Part shown: piece after piece, positions 9,246 to 19,034 of the stretch
Position numbering within the stretch: position 1 is the first letter of the stretch
How the letters are laid out: every line of letters begins with the position of its first letter
Program-made: the position numbers and the translations under genes
Assembly: GCA_964603985.1 (NCBI GenBank)
Contig: CAZRXG010000015.1
Location: 11,957 to 75,956, forward strand
Reading direction: 5' to 3'
DNA length: 64,000 bases
Origin: an uncultured Anaerolineae bacterium
GTDB taxonomy: Bacteria > Chloroflexota > Anaerolineae > Aggregatilineales > UBA3940
The notes under the pieces: generated by a model
The model's database searches: none
What the model was told of the DNA's origin: nothing
Seen by the model: only the letters and a program-made list of their open reading frames with translations

Positions 9246-11321
9246 CTACTCGCACGGCTCGCCGGGCGGGGCGAAGTACCAGTCCTCGACGTTCCAGGAG
9301 GCGTAGTTGATGGGGCCTTTCTGCGGGCCGCACAGGCCGGGGGCGTGCGCCTCGACCTCAACCCGCTGGAACAGCGGAAGCTGCGGCAGCTCCGCGTTGA
9401 AGATGCGCTGCGCCTCCAGGTAGAAGGGCCGCCGCTCGGAGGGGGCGAGGGCGTTCTGCCCGTCGAATAAAGCCTGGGTCATCGCGGCACTGCACCAGGC
9501 GAGGTAGTTTTTGCCTTCCAGGCCGTCGCGCGTCTCCGGGACCTGCTCCGGGTAGTGCAGCACGTAGCTCTCCGGCAGATTCTCCGCCGTTGGTCTCCCG
9601 AACAGGAACCACTCGCGCGGGCTGGGATACAGAGCAGTCATCTCGTAGGGGACGACGATCTGGCCGAGCAGGTCGGGATGATCGGCCAGAATTTGTCCGG
9701 CGACCAGAAACTTGCCGTCGGGCGTGCGGTAGATGTTTTGCCCGGCGAAGAGGCCGAGCTTGTCGGGGTTGGGGCCAGAGGTCCAGGCAGATTGGCCGAT
9801 CTGGTAGGTGCGCCCGAAGAGCAGCCCCTCCGGGTCGAACCACACCGAGGGCAGCAGGAGATCCAGGTTGACCTTGATGCCGATGTCGGCCATGTTGGCC
9901 TGGAACAGCGTGCTCAACTGCTCGCGCATCGCGTCGCCGGTGGTGGTGTGGAAGGTGACCTCAAATGGCGTGCCCGCCGGGATGGTCCAGGTGCCGCGCT
10001 CGCAGCCGTACTCGCCGCTCAGATCCTCGCGTGCCTCGCGGACGCCGTCGCCGTCGATGTCCAGCCAGCCCGCCTCTTCGAGCAGGGCGCGTGCGTGGTC
10101 GGGGTCGTAGGGATACTGGCCCTCGATCTCCGGGTTGAAGGCCCAGTGATCGGGTGGCAGGAAGCTGTCGAGCGGCTCGACCTCGCCGTAGAGGACCTGA
10201 TCGGCCATCTCGCGGCGGTTGGTGCCGTAGGCGACCGCCTGGCGCACGCGCAGGTCGGCGAAGAAGGCCCACCCTCCGCTCTCGGCGTCGGGCGGGGGCC
10301 AGTGGTTGAAGTCGATGTGCTCCCAGGTCGTCGAGGGGACGGCGCTGTATTCGATCAGGCCCTCGTCTGCTGCCTCGCGGATGGTGGGCAGCTGGGTCAA
10401 TGGGAGGCCGTCGCCGGTCGCGTAGTCGCACTCGTCCGCCAGCAGCGATGACAGCATCTGTTTGGTGTCGGGGATGAAGCGGTAAACCAGATTGGGGGTT
10501 TTGACCTCGCCGCCCCACCAGCTCGTGACGGCCCGCATGGTGACGTGCTCTCCTGCCGCCCACTCGACGAACTCGTAGGGGCCGAGCACGGGGTTGGGCA
10601 GGCGGGCGTACTCGCTGCGCTCGATCTCGGCGGGGGTCATGCCGCCCAGAACGTGCTCAGGCAGGATGGTCGAGAGCGCCGCCGGGCCTGCCAGCGGCGG
10701 CAGAAAGTACGTCGGGTCGAGGACGCCGGGCGGGTAGGTCACGCGCAGCGTGTGGTCGTCGATCTTCTCGAAAGTCTGCCGCTCCAGGATGCCGCGCGAG
10801 GTCGCCCCGGAGCCGGGGTCGATGACCACCTGGCGGGTGAAGATGATGTCGTCCACCGTGAACGGCTCGCCGTCCGACCAGGTGATATCGTCCTTGAAGC
10901 GAAAGGTGACGCTCAGCACGGCGTTGGGGCCTTCTCCCTGCAGCGTGGCGCTGCCGTCCTCGAAGCCGGGGAATGCGTCGTCCGCGAGCATCTGCGTCGC
11001 GTAGAAGTAGTCGCTGTCGTAGATCCAGCCTTTGCCGTCGGCGGCGTGCAGGATCTGCACGGTGGCGGCCATGGTGCTGGTCACCGCGTACAGGCTGTCC
11101 GGCTCCTGGCTCATGCAGATGGTGATGGTATCTTTTGGCTCAGGCGTCGCGGCGGGGGCGGTCGTGGGGGGCGTGGTCGGCTCCTCGGTGACCCTGGTCG
11201 CGGCGGCGGTCAGGGTCTTGCCGCCGTCGCAGGCTGCCAGTGCGAGCGCAGCCGCCAGCACGAGTGTCCCGACGAGCGCCCGTCGATTGCTGAGTGTGGT
11301 CTGCTTGGTCTTCGTTGTCAT
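9246..11321 (-). CDS. ABC transporter substrate-binding protein, family 5 (peptide/nickel type), lipoprotein
   Basis: Start set at MTTKTKQ (ATG 11321, AGGAG upstream). Lipobox LALAAC. Length and composition are typical of SBP_bac_5. No cognate permease genes are adjacent. Confidence 0.8.
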   Translation of the reverse strand: MTTKTKQTTLSNRRALVGTLVLAAALALAACDGGKTLTAAATRVTEEPTTPPTTAPAATPEPKDTITICMSQEPDSLYAVTSTMAATVQILHAADGKGWIYDSDYFYATQMLADDAFPGFEDGSATLQGEGPNAVLSVTFRFKDDITWSDGEPFTVDDIIFTRQVVIDPGSGATSRGILERQTFEKIDDHTLRVTYPPGVLDPTYFLPPLAGPAALSTILPEHVLGGMTPAEIERSEYARLPNPVLGPYEFVEWAAGEHVTMRAVTSWWGGEVKTPNLVYRFIPDTKQMLSSLLADECDYATGDGLPLTQLPTIREAADEGLIEYSAVPSTTWEHIDFNHWPPPDAESGGWAFFADLRVRQAVAYGTNRREMADQVLYGEVEPLDSFLPPDHWAFNPEIEGQYPYDPDHARALLEEAGWLDIDGDGVREAREDLSGEYGCERGTWTIPAGTPFEVTFHTTTGDAMREQLSTLFQANMADIGIKVNLDLLLPSVWFDPEGLLFGRTYQIGQSAWTSGPNPDKLGLFAGQNIYRTPDGKFLVAGQILADHPDLLGQIVVPYEMTALYPSPREWFLFGRPTAENLPESYVLHYPEQVPETRDGLEGKNYLAWCSAAMTQALFDGQNALAPSERRPFYLEAQRIFNAELPQLPLFQRVEVEAHAPGLCGPQKGPINYASWNVEDWYFAPPGEPCE

Positions 11322-11574
11322 GTCTCCTATGAGCAGCAGGCGCGGGTGTGCTCGCTTTGCGGCGCTCGCACGACCACACGGCGGAAAACCGGTCACAAGC
11401 AGGTCTTCCGCCCCACCTAGCCGTCTGGTTGCTTCGCCTGTCGTGTCGGATGATATGGTTGGGCGTGATGCGGTTCGCGCACCGGCCAGAGATTAACCGA
11501 ATCGGCGGCAAAAGGCAAGGAGGGCGAATCGCGAACCGGTAAGGCGCGCGCGCAAGGGGCGGGCCGGGAGGCCC

Positions 11575-12789
11575 TCAACCCTCCGTCGTGATGTGTCCCT
11601 CGACCACGTGCCAGCGCGTCGCCTGGCGCAGAACCTCGTCCGGCAGCAGGCCCGGCTCGGTCGTCGTCAGCAGCACCTGATCTGCGCCGTTGATTTGCTC
11701 CATCAGGTAGGCGCGGCGGTGCTCGTCGAACTCGGCGGTGACCTCGTCGAGCAGCAGCAACGGCCACTCACCGGTGCGCTCGCGCATCCAGGCCAGCTCG
11801 GCCAGCTTGAGCGCCAGCACCGCCGTCCGGTTCTGCCCGCGCGAGCCGTACAGCCCCAGGTCGCGCCCGTTGACGAGGAAGCGCATCTCGTCGCGCTGCG
11901 GCCCGATGGTCGTCATGCCGCGCACGAGGTCGTCGCGGCGGTGGGCATGTAAGGCCGCTTTGAAGCGCTCCGCGATCTGTGAGGGTGGCAACTGCGGCAG
12001 TGCCTCGACGCCCAGGTCGCCTGCGTCAAAGCTCAACTGGCCCTCCGGCGTGGGGGCCGGGTCGAAGCCGGGCAGGTAGCGCAGGCGGAGGTTCTCGCCC
12101 TCGCCGGAGAGGTCGCGGTGGATCTGGCGGGCCCCGCGCTCCAGGTCGCGCACCAGCCGGTAGCGCCCGGCGACGATGACCGCGCCGTTACCGGCCAGCC
12201 GCTCATCCCAGAAGGCCATCTGCGAGGCGTCGCCGCGCCCGCCCCGCTCCTGAAGCTGCCTCAGCAGGGCGTTGCGCTGCGAGAGGACTTTGTCGTACTC
12301 GCTGAGCGCGCGGCAGTAGGCCGGGTCGACCTGGCACAGGGTGATGTTCAGGTAGCGGCGGCGGGTGCTCGGTGAGCCTTCGACCAGGTCCATATCCTGC
12401 GGCAGGAACATCACCACCCGGATCTGGCCCAGCAGATCCATGACGCGCCGGGGCAGCCCGTTGACGCGGATCTGCTTCTTGAAGCGCACCTCTCGCCCCG
12501 TGCGCTCAAGCATCATCCCCACCTCGACGCGCTTGAGGCCCTCGCGGGTCTGCACTTCGGCCACCAGCCGCGCGAACGGGATCGGCTCGTCGTCGGCCAG
12601 CCAGTTGATCAACTGGCGGTCGGAGGTGGTGTGCGGCGAGCGCGAGGTCGTCAGGTAGTAGATCGACTCAAGCAGGCTGGTCTTGCCCTGGGCGTTATCG
12701 CCGTGCAGGACGATCATCCCCGGCGGCAGGTCCAGCTCCAGCCGGGCGTAATTCCTGAAATTGGTCAGCGAGAGATGCGAGATGCGCAT
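11575..12789 (-). CDS. recF: DNA replication and repair protein RecF
   Basis: MRISHLSLTNFRNYARLELDLPPGMIVLHGDNAQGKTSLLESIYY (Walker A), plus LLLDEV and the signature region. Start taken at the second Met of the ORF. Confidence 0.9.
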   Translation of the reverse strand: MRISHLSLTNFRNYARLELDLPPGMIVLHGDNAQGKTSLLESIYYLTTSRSPHTTSDRQLINWLADDEPIPFARLVAEVQTREGLKRVEVGMMLERTGREVRFKKQIRVNGLPRRVMDLLGQIRVVMFLPQDMDLVEGSPSTRRRYLNITLCQVDPAYCRALSEYDKVLSQRNALLRQLQERGGRGDASQMAFWDERLAGNGAVIVAGRYRLVRDLERGARQIHRDLSGEGENLRLRYLPGFDPAPTPEGQLSFDAGDLGVEALPQLPPSQIAERFKAALHAHRRDDLVRGMTTIGPQRDEMRFLVNGRDLGLYGSRGQNRTAVLALKLAELAWMRERTGEWPLLLLDEVTAEFDEHRRAYLMEQINGADQVLLTTTEPGLLPDEVLRQATRWHVVEGHITTEG

Positions 12790-12808
12790 GAGTCTCCACC
12801 GGCTCATG

Positions 12809-12950
12809 AAATTTAACTATTTAATCCGGGCATCGTTTGCCCCCCACCCCCGGCCCCTCCCCCACATTCCGCGCCTGACGGCGCCGGGGGGAGGGGAGAA
12901 GTCAGACGAACCGGTATTTCCATCGTGGCCGGATTAAATGCTCAGTGCAT
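12809..12950 (+). repeat. MITE/REP-like intergenic element, copy C (full form)
   Basis: Terminal inverted repeats tatttaatccgggca / tggccggattaaat. Central hairpin CCCCTCCCCC-acattcc-GCGCC-tgac-GGCGC-c-GGGGGGAGGGG. Confidence 0.7.
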
Positions 12951-12967
12951 AGACCGGCTCACACAGG

Positions 12968-13690
12968 TTACATACCGCCGCCGGGAGGTGAGACACCCCC
13001 GGCAGTGCCCTCCGCCCGCTCCTTGATGCCCAGCAGCATCTTACGCTCCATGATGAAGTGGGCCGGTTCCAGGACGGCGTACACGAGCGGCGCAAGCGGC
13101 AGCCGAGGCTCGTAGATGGCCCGCAGGCGCGCGATCAGGCGCGTTGTCCCGTTGTCCAACTCGTTGAGCAGGAAGGCCCACGTTCCGTCGAAGCGGGGGC
13201 CTGTGTCGTCAGTCGCAACGGCCTGCCCGGTGAGGGGGTTCAGCGTGGCGCGCAGCACGAGTGAGCGCCCCGGCTCGATGGCGGCGACGACGAACCATCC
13301 CACGTCGGGGGCGGCGGGCACCGGGTCGCCGACCTCCAGGTGCTGCAATTCCGGGATGATGCGGTCGGCAGATTCGCCGTCGACGAAGTCACCGGCCCCC
13401 AGGGCATCCTCCAGGCGGTCGTAGCTGTACCACCCGGCACGGTTATACCCGATCTGCACCAGCCAGGGCCAGATGTCGGCGGCGGGGGCGCGAACGGTGA
13501 TGGCGCGGGTGGTTTGCACCAGCGGGTGGGGCACGATCTCGTCGCCCGGCAGCGAGCGGCTGACCTCGTCGTCGGCAGCGCCCCACCTGAGGTGCCAGGG
13601 CCGGACCAGGAGCAGATACGACGCGACGGCGGTGGCCCCGGTCTTGACCAAGCCGCTCGAAGCTCTGAAGACGGATGATCGCTTAGGCAT
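12968..13690 (-). CDS. SRPBCC family protein
   Basis: 240-aa ORF. The pattern ...TRAITVRAPAADIWPWLVQIG..RAGWYSYD... is typical of SRPBCC / polyketide-cyclase-like proteins. Confidence 0.65.
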   Translation of the reverse strand: MPKRSSVFRASSGLVKTGATAVASYLLLVRPWHLRWGAADDEVSRSLPGDEIVPHPLVQTTRAITVRAPAADIWPWLVQIGYNRAGWYSYDRLEDALGAGDFVDGESADRIIPELQHLEVGDPVPAAPDVGWFVVAAIEPGRSLVLRATLNPLTGQAVATDDTGPRFDGTWAFLLNELDNGTTRLIARLRAIYEPRLPLAPLVYAVLEPAHFIMERKMLLGIKERAEGTAGGVSPPGGGM

Positions 13691-13838
13691 CTGTTTTGCC
13701 TCCGGTGTACTGTTGTCTATCGATACGGCGTCCCCATTTTAACACGCTCCCGGCGCACGTGGGGGCCTGGACCCCGTCCCGGCGGTTTGAATTTCCTTAC
13801 CGGGGGGCGCTCAGGCGGGTGCCGGGCCGGGCGTTTCA

Positions 13839-13847
13839 TGCTAAAAT
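13839..13847 (+). promoter_or_regulatory. extended -10 promoter (TGcTAAAAT)
   Basis: catGCTAAAATaac lies 80 nt upstream of ATG 13929. It argues against the track start at 13854. Confidence 0.4.
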
Positions 13848-13928
13848 AACCCTATGGGGGCGGGGATAGCAGACTCAGAGGGCGCTGCTGTGACACGAAG
13901 GTGTGGGTCGCGCCAGGAGAAAGTCGCT

Positions 13929-14609
13929 ATGACCGGTGAAGAATCGGAGAAGAAGCAGGAAAAGGAGTTGGAGGAGAAGCAAAAGTCACCTCTGCCGAAG
14001 ACTACTGCTCGTCTGGAACACCCCAAACGGGACAGTGGGCTGAGCGCACTGGAGTCCGAAGCCGAACGGCTGAACAGGGCGGCAGCGGCCAGACGTGCCC
14101 AGTTGTCCGGGCCGACCGAGCGCCTGCCGCAAGAAGCGCAGGCGGCGATCCCGTATACACCCGGGCTGGCATTCGGCGTGCTGGGAGACGGCGCGACCCA
14201 TTACGTCGTTTTGCCGGGGCACATGGCAGGCACCAAACTGCCGGACGGTACACCGCGCTGGCGCATCGAGCTGCACGGGTTGGCCCCTGGCGCCGCGCCG
14301 GTGGGGCTGGACATCGTGGGGGACACGGTGCTGGGGCGCGGCAGCACCGGCAAGCACGTCCCCGACCTCGACCTGGAGGAGTACAAGGCCCTCGATCTGG
14401 GCGTGTCACGGCGTCACGCGCTGCTGCGCCCGACGGCGCGCAACCTGTACATCATCGACCTGGACAGCACCAACAGCACCAAAGTCAACGCCATCCCGCT
14501 GGGGCCGGGCCTCGCGCGGGCGCTGGCCCACAACGACACCGTCACACTGGGCAGCCGCAGCTTCACGATCAAGCTGATCGAGAGGCCGAACGACCGCAAG
14601 GAGCCTTGA
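13929..14609 (+). CDS. FHA domain-containing protein
   Basis: C-terminal FHA signature: LGRGS...DLDL...GVSRRHALL......LYIIDLDSTNSTKVN...L...D.VTLG. Start at ATG 13929 with AGGAGAAAG 6 nt upstream. Confidence 0.85.
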   Translation: MTGEESEKKQEKELEEKQKSPLPKTTARLEHPKRDSGLSALESEAERLNRAAAARRAQLSGPTERLPQEAQAAIPYTPGLAFGVLGDGATHYVVLPGHMAGTKLPDGTPRWRIELHGLAPGAAPVGLDIVGDTVLGRGSTGKHVPDLDLEEYKALDLGVSRRHALLRPTARNLYIIDLDSTNSTKVNAIPLGPGLARALAHNDTVTLGSRSFTIKLIERPNDRKEP

Positions 14610-14638
14610 AAGCGGAGAACCGGTTTTTCGAGCGCACA

Positions 14639-14679
14639 CCTCCCCGGACGCCGCGTGCGGCGGGGGAGGTTTTTCTTTT
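14639..14679 (+). terminator. rho-independent terminator after the FHA gene
   Basis: CCTCCCC...GGGGAGG stem with inner CGCCG/CGGCG pairing, followed by TTTTTCTTTT. Confidence 0.65.
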
Positions 14680-14702
14680 GCCGGGGGTGGGGTCAATCCG
14701 GC

Positions 14703-15458
14703 TCAATCGACGATGGAGAAGTCCTCCGAGGCGGCCAGGTCGTCGCCGACGTAGAAGCGGATCTCGTAGCTCCCGGCGGGCCAGCCGCCCTGAGCCTCGA
14801 ACCAGTAATAGGCAACCCCCTCGCTATCGTGATCCCACGCCTCGCTCTCGCTGCGAACCACGTTGCCGTTCAGCAGAAGCACCTGTGACCATGATGCCCC
14901 GTTGACCATGCCGGTGAATTCCAGCCAGAAGTAAATGCGCTGCGTCCCGGCGGGGAAGGTGGTGTTGGGGTTGACGGGCGTCAATTGGGGGGAGATTCCG
15001 CTGGAGATAGCGGTGATGGTCAGGCTGGCGTCGGCGGGCGGCCTGACGTCGGACTCGATCGTGGCGATCAGGGAGGTGGGCGATGGGAGAGGCGTCGCCT
15101 GGGTGGGCGTGATGGTTGGCGGCACGCCGGTGGCCTCGCCCGGCATTGGGCCGGAGGTGGCCGTGCGGGGTGGGGCGATCTCCTGGGCAAGGGTGGGCAG
15201 GGGCGTCGGCGGCCTGGAGAAGGGCGATATTCGCCCCGGTGGGGGGACGATGGTGCGGGCGCGGATTGCCGCGCCGAGGACGGCCAGCGAGACGACGATG
15301 ATCAGCACCCAGCGCCAGGCCTGGCGGGCGGCCCGCCGCCGGAACCGAAAGTAGGGGCTTGTGCGTGATTGTCGGAAGTTGGAGTAGGCCGCGATGAGAG
15401 CCACCAGCAGCACAACCCCCAGCACGTATGGGATCAGGTAAACGACAAGCGAGAGCAT
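14703..15458 (-). CDS. hypothetical signal-anchored protein (251 aa)
   Basis: N-terminal TM helix (LVVYLIPYVLGVVLLVALIAAY) and a second TM. Pro/Thr-rich linker. The C-terminal domain was not recognised. Confidence 0.6.
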   Translation of the reverse strand: MLSLVVYLIPYVLGVVLLVALIAAYSNFRQSRTSPYFRFRRRAARQAWRWVLIIVVSLAVLGAAIRARTIVPPPGRISPFSRPPTPLPTLAQEIAPPRTATSGPMPGEATGVPPTITPTQATPLPSPTSLIATIESDVRPPADASLTITAISSGISPQLTPVNPNTTFPAGTQRIYFWLEFTGMVNGASWSQVLLLNGNVVRSESEAWDHDSEGVAYYWFEAQGGWPAGSYEIRFYVGDDLAASEDFSIVD

Positions 15459-15699
15459 GGCGGGCTGTCCCCCTGGTTATCCGGGCAGGTGCCGACTCGG
15501 CTCACAGCCAGTATAGCACAAGAGGGGGCCGCCGGAGCAGCGAGAATCAGGTGGAAGGTAATGAGTCGAAAGCGGCGGGCAGGCGCGGGCGGGGGGCCAC
15601 CGGTGGACGCGCGAATCCACCCCTTTCTTAAAGGACTCTTAACATAAGGTTAATAGGGATTTAAGCGACAGCCGCTAGAATGCGGGCGCATTAAGTGCA

Positions 15700-15990
15700 G
15701 CGACGGTCACCCCCACTTCCGCCTTCCCCCTTGCCCCCTCAGGCAAGGGGGAAAGCTATTGTAAGGGACGTGTGGGCCGGTGCGCCCGCCGCAAAGTCCC
15801 CCGATGCACCTTAACCATTTAATGCGGTAACAACATGGGTGCTCTGTCAACCTGGATCGTGCGAATTGTGGCCCTGCCCTCACCCATCTCGGACGGCCTG
15901 GCCGTCCTCGATTCGCCCTCTCCCACCGGGAGAGGGCAGACTGAGCGCGACCGGAGGTCGCGACCGCAGGTCGGGCGAAGGCGGGTGAGG
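15700..15990 (-). repeat. composite GC-rich repeat region containing inverted copies of modules from the MITE-like family
   Basis: The reverse complement contains ccgcattaaatggttaaggtgcatcggggg (compare copy D ccggattaaatactcaaggtgcatcgggg) and gggagagggcgaatcgaggacggccaggccgtccgagatgggtgagggcag (compare 21199-21250). Extra hairpins such as CCCCCTTGCC-ccctca-GGCAAGGGGG. Confidence 0.5.
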
Positions 15991-16029
15991 GCTTGAGCAA
16001 CAACTTGTGAAAACCAACTTAACGGAGCA

Positions 16030-16920
16030 CTAGTAGCTCGTCTCCATGTCGATCAGCCCCTTCTGCTTCGCCCGGCGCAGCGCCCACCGGTAGAAGAACA
16101 CCGACACGACCCCCAGCACCACGCAGAACCCCAGCAGAATCCCCATCAGCGCTGCGTTGGAGAAGCGGGCCAGCGTCGGGAAGGCTGCCGCCTGCGGGCC
16201 GAGCATCGCCCGCCGCGCCACCTCCAGCCAGTACGTCACCGGGAGGGCGAACCCGACCGGCCTCAGCCACACCGGCAGCACGTCCAGCGGGAAGATTGCC
16301 CCTGTGAACAGGTACAGCCCTCCTGCCACCGCCGTGCCGATTGACCAGAAGTGACGGGCCATCATCATCGTGGCGCTGCCCATCATCAGCCCGATGCACG
16401 CCAGCGCGATCACGCCCAGCGCCGTGCTGCCCAGCAGCAGCGGCCAGTTGATCGTCGCCGCGCTGATCGGCAGCTTGAAGACGACCATCCCGAAGCCAAT
16501 CGTGATCAGCACCGAGATCGTGCCGATGATCAACTGCGCCACCCCGCGCCCCATCAGGTAGAAGTAGCCGCTCATCGGCGTGGTGTGCAGCTGCCTGGCC
16601 GTGCGGTAGTGCTCGCGGTCGTCGATCACCGTCCAGCTTATCCCCGTGATCACCTGCGAGACCAGGATGTAAAGCGCGTTGCCCAGGTAGATGTAGGCGA
16701 AGATCGGCTCGCCCGTCGCGCCGCCGGTGATCACGTTGTACATCACCACCAGGATCAGCACGCTGGCGACCGGACGCGCGAATGAGTAGATCGCGAACAG
16801 GAACGGGTCGGCCCAGTTTGACTCGATTTGCCATCCCAGCCACGCCGCGACCGTGAAGGTGCGCAGCGCGTCGTTCTTGCGCACCAGGGGTATGTTGAGA
16901 ATCCGCTCTGCGATGATCAT
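16030..16920 (-). CDS. ABC-2 type transporter permease
   Basis: 296 aa with about 6 TM helices. Adjacent to a second permease and the ATPase. Confidence 0.8.
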   Translation of the reverse strand: MIIAERILNIPLVRKNDALRTFTVAAWLGWQIESNWADPFLFAIYSFARPVASVLILVVMYNVITGGATGEPIFAYIYLGNALYILVSQVITGISWTVIDDREHYRTARQLHTTPMSGYFYLMGRGVAQLIIGTISVLITIGFGMVVFKLPISAATINWPLLLGSTALGVIALACIGLMMGSATMMMARHFWSIGTAVAGGLYLFTGAIFPLDVLPVWLRPVGFALPVTYWLEVARRAMLGPQAAAFPTLARFSNAALMGILLGFCVVLGVVSVFFYRWALRRAKQKGLIDMETSY

Positions 16921-16932
16921 ATTCCTGCCCTC

Positions 16933-17784
16933 CTAGCGGCGGCGCTCGATCAGCCGACCCTCGCGCCGCCCGATCTCCTCCAGCCTGCCCAGCATCCACC
17001 ACGCCCCGGCGATGAAGGACACCGACAGCGCGGCCAGGATTGCGATCTCAAGCGGCACCGGGAGGAAGCCCAGCGTCGGGTCGCTGCTGAAGAGCAGCTG
17101 CCGCATCGCGTCCAGCCCCACCGTGAGGGGGATGATCGAGGTGAAGGTGGCCGCCCAGGGGCCTAATGCCTTGACCGGGAAGAAAAACCCCGATGCCAGG
17201 TAGATCGGCTCCTGGAGCAGGTTAGCCAGATGCCACGCCTCGCGCCCGCTCGCCAGGAACACCGATGCGAACATCATCCCCATGCCGTACAGTGCCGCCA
17301 TCGTCAGCGCGAACACTACCAGCAGCAGCGCCACGCTGCCCACCTGGTACGGCACGCCGAAGATGATCGACCCCACCACCAGGATGATCGCCGCCCGCGT
17401 GCCCGTCATGATCAACCCGCCGACTGCCATGCCCAGCAGCACGGCCATCATCGGGCCGGGGCTGACGACGTACAGCTCCAGGTTGCCGCCGTCCTTGTCC
17501 CAGTAAAGCTGGCTCGCCATGCCCCACAGCATGTTCAGCCAGAAGGCCGTCATCGCCCCGCCCACCACCACGAAGCCGATGTACTCCCCCGGCGCGCCGA
17601 CGGCCCGGTAGACGAACACGTACGACGCCGTCCCCATCAGTGGCAGCAGCGTCTCGAAGAATATCCAGCTTGGCTCGCGCACCGAGCCGACAATGCGGGG
17701 GTAGGCCCGTGCCCACACCGTCGCCACGAACAGCCGCCAGCCGCGTGTCTTCTCAACCTGCCCTGCGCCCGGTTGGCTCATCAT
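16933..17784 (-). CDS. ABC-2 type transporter permease
   Basis: Only the C-terminal 283 codons of track ORF 16933..18501 look like protein (MMSQPGAGQVEKTRGWRLFVATVWARAYPRI..., about 6 TM). The ATG at 17784 overlaps the ATPase stop as ATGA. Confidence 0.8.
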   Translation of the reverse strand: MMSQPGAGQVEKTRGWRLFVATVWARAYPRIVGSVREPSWIFFETLLPLMGTASYVFVYRAVGAPGEYIGFVVVGGAMTAFWLNMLWGMASQLYWDKDGGNLELYVVSPGPMMAVLLGMAVGGLIMTGTRAAIILVVGSIIFGVPYQVGSVALLLVVFALTMAALYGMGMMFASVFLASGREAWHLANLLQEPIYLASGFFFPVKALGPWAATFTSIIPLTVGLDAMRQLLFSSDPTLGFLPVPLEIAILAALSVSFIAGAWWMLGRLEEIGRREGRLIERRR

Positions 17785-18836
17785 GCCCTCTCCTGCTGCT
17801 GATCGCCGCTTTCCCCGGCGTGGCGCTGCGACGTGTCCACGCTCAGGCTGCGCCCCACCAGGTCGATGAACACGTCCTCCAGCGTCGGCTCGCGCTTCTC
17901 CAGCGAGATCAGGTTTGAGCCGCGCTGTGTCAGGTGCGCCAGCACGTCCGACAGCACCTCCTCCTGCTCCAGGATCAGGCTCAGGTTGGTGTAGCCGTTC
18001 TGGTCGGATACGCCCACCTGCCGCACGCCCGGCACTGCCTCGATCATCGCGTCGCCGCTGGGACGCGGCCCCAGCAGTCCCACCTTGAGGTGAAAGATCG
18101 CCTCGCGTTGCAGCCGCCGCTTGAGGTTGGCCGGAGTGTCGCACGCCAGCACCTTGCCCCGGTCGATGATCGCCAGCCGGTCGCACAGCTCGTCGGCCTC
18201 GGCCATGTAGTGCGTCGTCAGCAGGATCGTCCGGTCGGGATGCTCGACCATCCACTGCCGGACGAACCCCCGCACGTCGCGCGCTGCCGCCACGTCCAGG
18301 CCCAGCGTCGGCTCGTCGAGGAAGATCACGCCCGGATCGCACACGAAGCCCCGGACGAAGTTCATCTTCTGGCGCAGCCCGGTCGAGAGGTCTGAGATCT
18401 TGGTGCGCTTGCGGTCGGCCAGCTCGACCACGTCCAGCAGCGCGTCGATGCGCCGGCGGGCGGTCTTGCTGTCCAGCCCGTAGAAGCGCGCGAACATCCA
18501 CAAGTTCTCCTCGACCGTCAGCAGGCCGTAGCCGCTCGTCTCCCCGCCGCTGACCATGCTGATCAGCCGCCGGATCTCCTTCACGTCCCGCGTCACGTCC
18601 AGCCCCTCGACGTAGGCCCGCCCGCCGGTCGGCAGAAGCAGTGTCGCCAGGATCTTGATCAGCGTGGTCTTGCCCGCCCCGTTTGGCCCCAGCAGCCCGA
18701 ACAGCTCCCCTCGCTCGACCGTCACGTCGACCCCGTCCAGCGCGATCACCTCCTGCGGGTCGTCTTTGCGCTTTGGGCCGCGCAGTTTGTAGGTCCGGCG
18801 CACGTCCTCGGTGTAAATCGCCGCTGTGTCTTTCAT
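17781..18836 (-). CDS. ABC transporter ATP-binding protein
   Basis: Walker A GLLGPNGAGKTT, signature LSTGLRQK, Walker B VIFLDEPT. Start at MKDTAAIY (ATG 18836, AAGGGGA upstream). Confidence 0.9.
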   Translation of the reverse strand: MKDTAAIYTEDVRRTYKLRGPKRKDDPQEVIALDGVDVTVERGELFGLLGPNGAGKTTLIKILATLLLPTGGRAYVEGLDVTRDVKEIRRLISMVSGGETSGYGLLTVEENLWMFARFYGLDSKTARRRIDALLDVVELADRKRTKISDLSTGLRQKMNFVRGFVCDPGVIFLDEPTLGLDVAAARDVRGFVRQWMVEHPDRTILLTTHYMAEADELCDRLAIIDRGKVLACDTPANLKRRLQREAIFHLKVGLLGPRPSGDAMIEAVPGVRQVGVSDQNGYTNLSLILEQEEVLSDVLAHLTQRGSNLISLEKREPTLEDVFIDLVGRSLSVDTSQRHAGESGDQQQERA

Positions 18837-18970
18837 CTGTCCCCTTCTTTTTACGTGTGAGTTAAATCCCTGAGCCGGTCGCGTTCCCTTGCCTTCGATC
18901 GCCATAAAACACACAGGCCGTGTGTTACCCCGGACCCGGCACCCACGGCCTGCAAGAAATACGACCGGCC

Positions 18971-19008
18971 AAAATAAAAACCGTGGGCGGCTTCGCAGCG
19001 GCCCACGG
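18971..19008 (-). terminator. rho-independent terminator
   Basis: Minus strand: CCGTGGGCcGCTgcgaAGCcGCCCACGG followed by TTTTTATTTT. Confidence 0.7.
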
Positions 19009-19034
19009 GTTGGTATCGAATCAGGATACGTATC

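Noticed and set aside
11322-11574. Possible riboswitch or T-box in the 253-nt leader of the family-5 substrate-binding protein gene (a TTGCCT-17-TAATCT promoter-like site on the minus strand).
   Set aside because: I could not recognise any known riboswitch core or a terminator/antiterminator pair, and the promoter match is weak.
17785-18501. N-terminal 239 codons of track ORF 16933..18501.
   Set aside because: This part overlaps the ABC ATPase gene in another frame and is Arg/Gly/Pro-rich. The permease-like sequence begins only at MMSQPGAG (ATG 17784), which overlaps the ATPase stop as ATGA.
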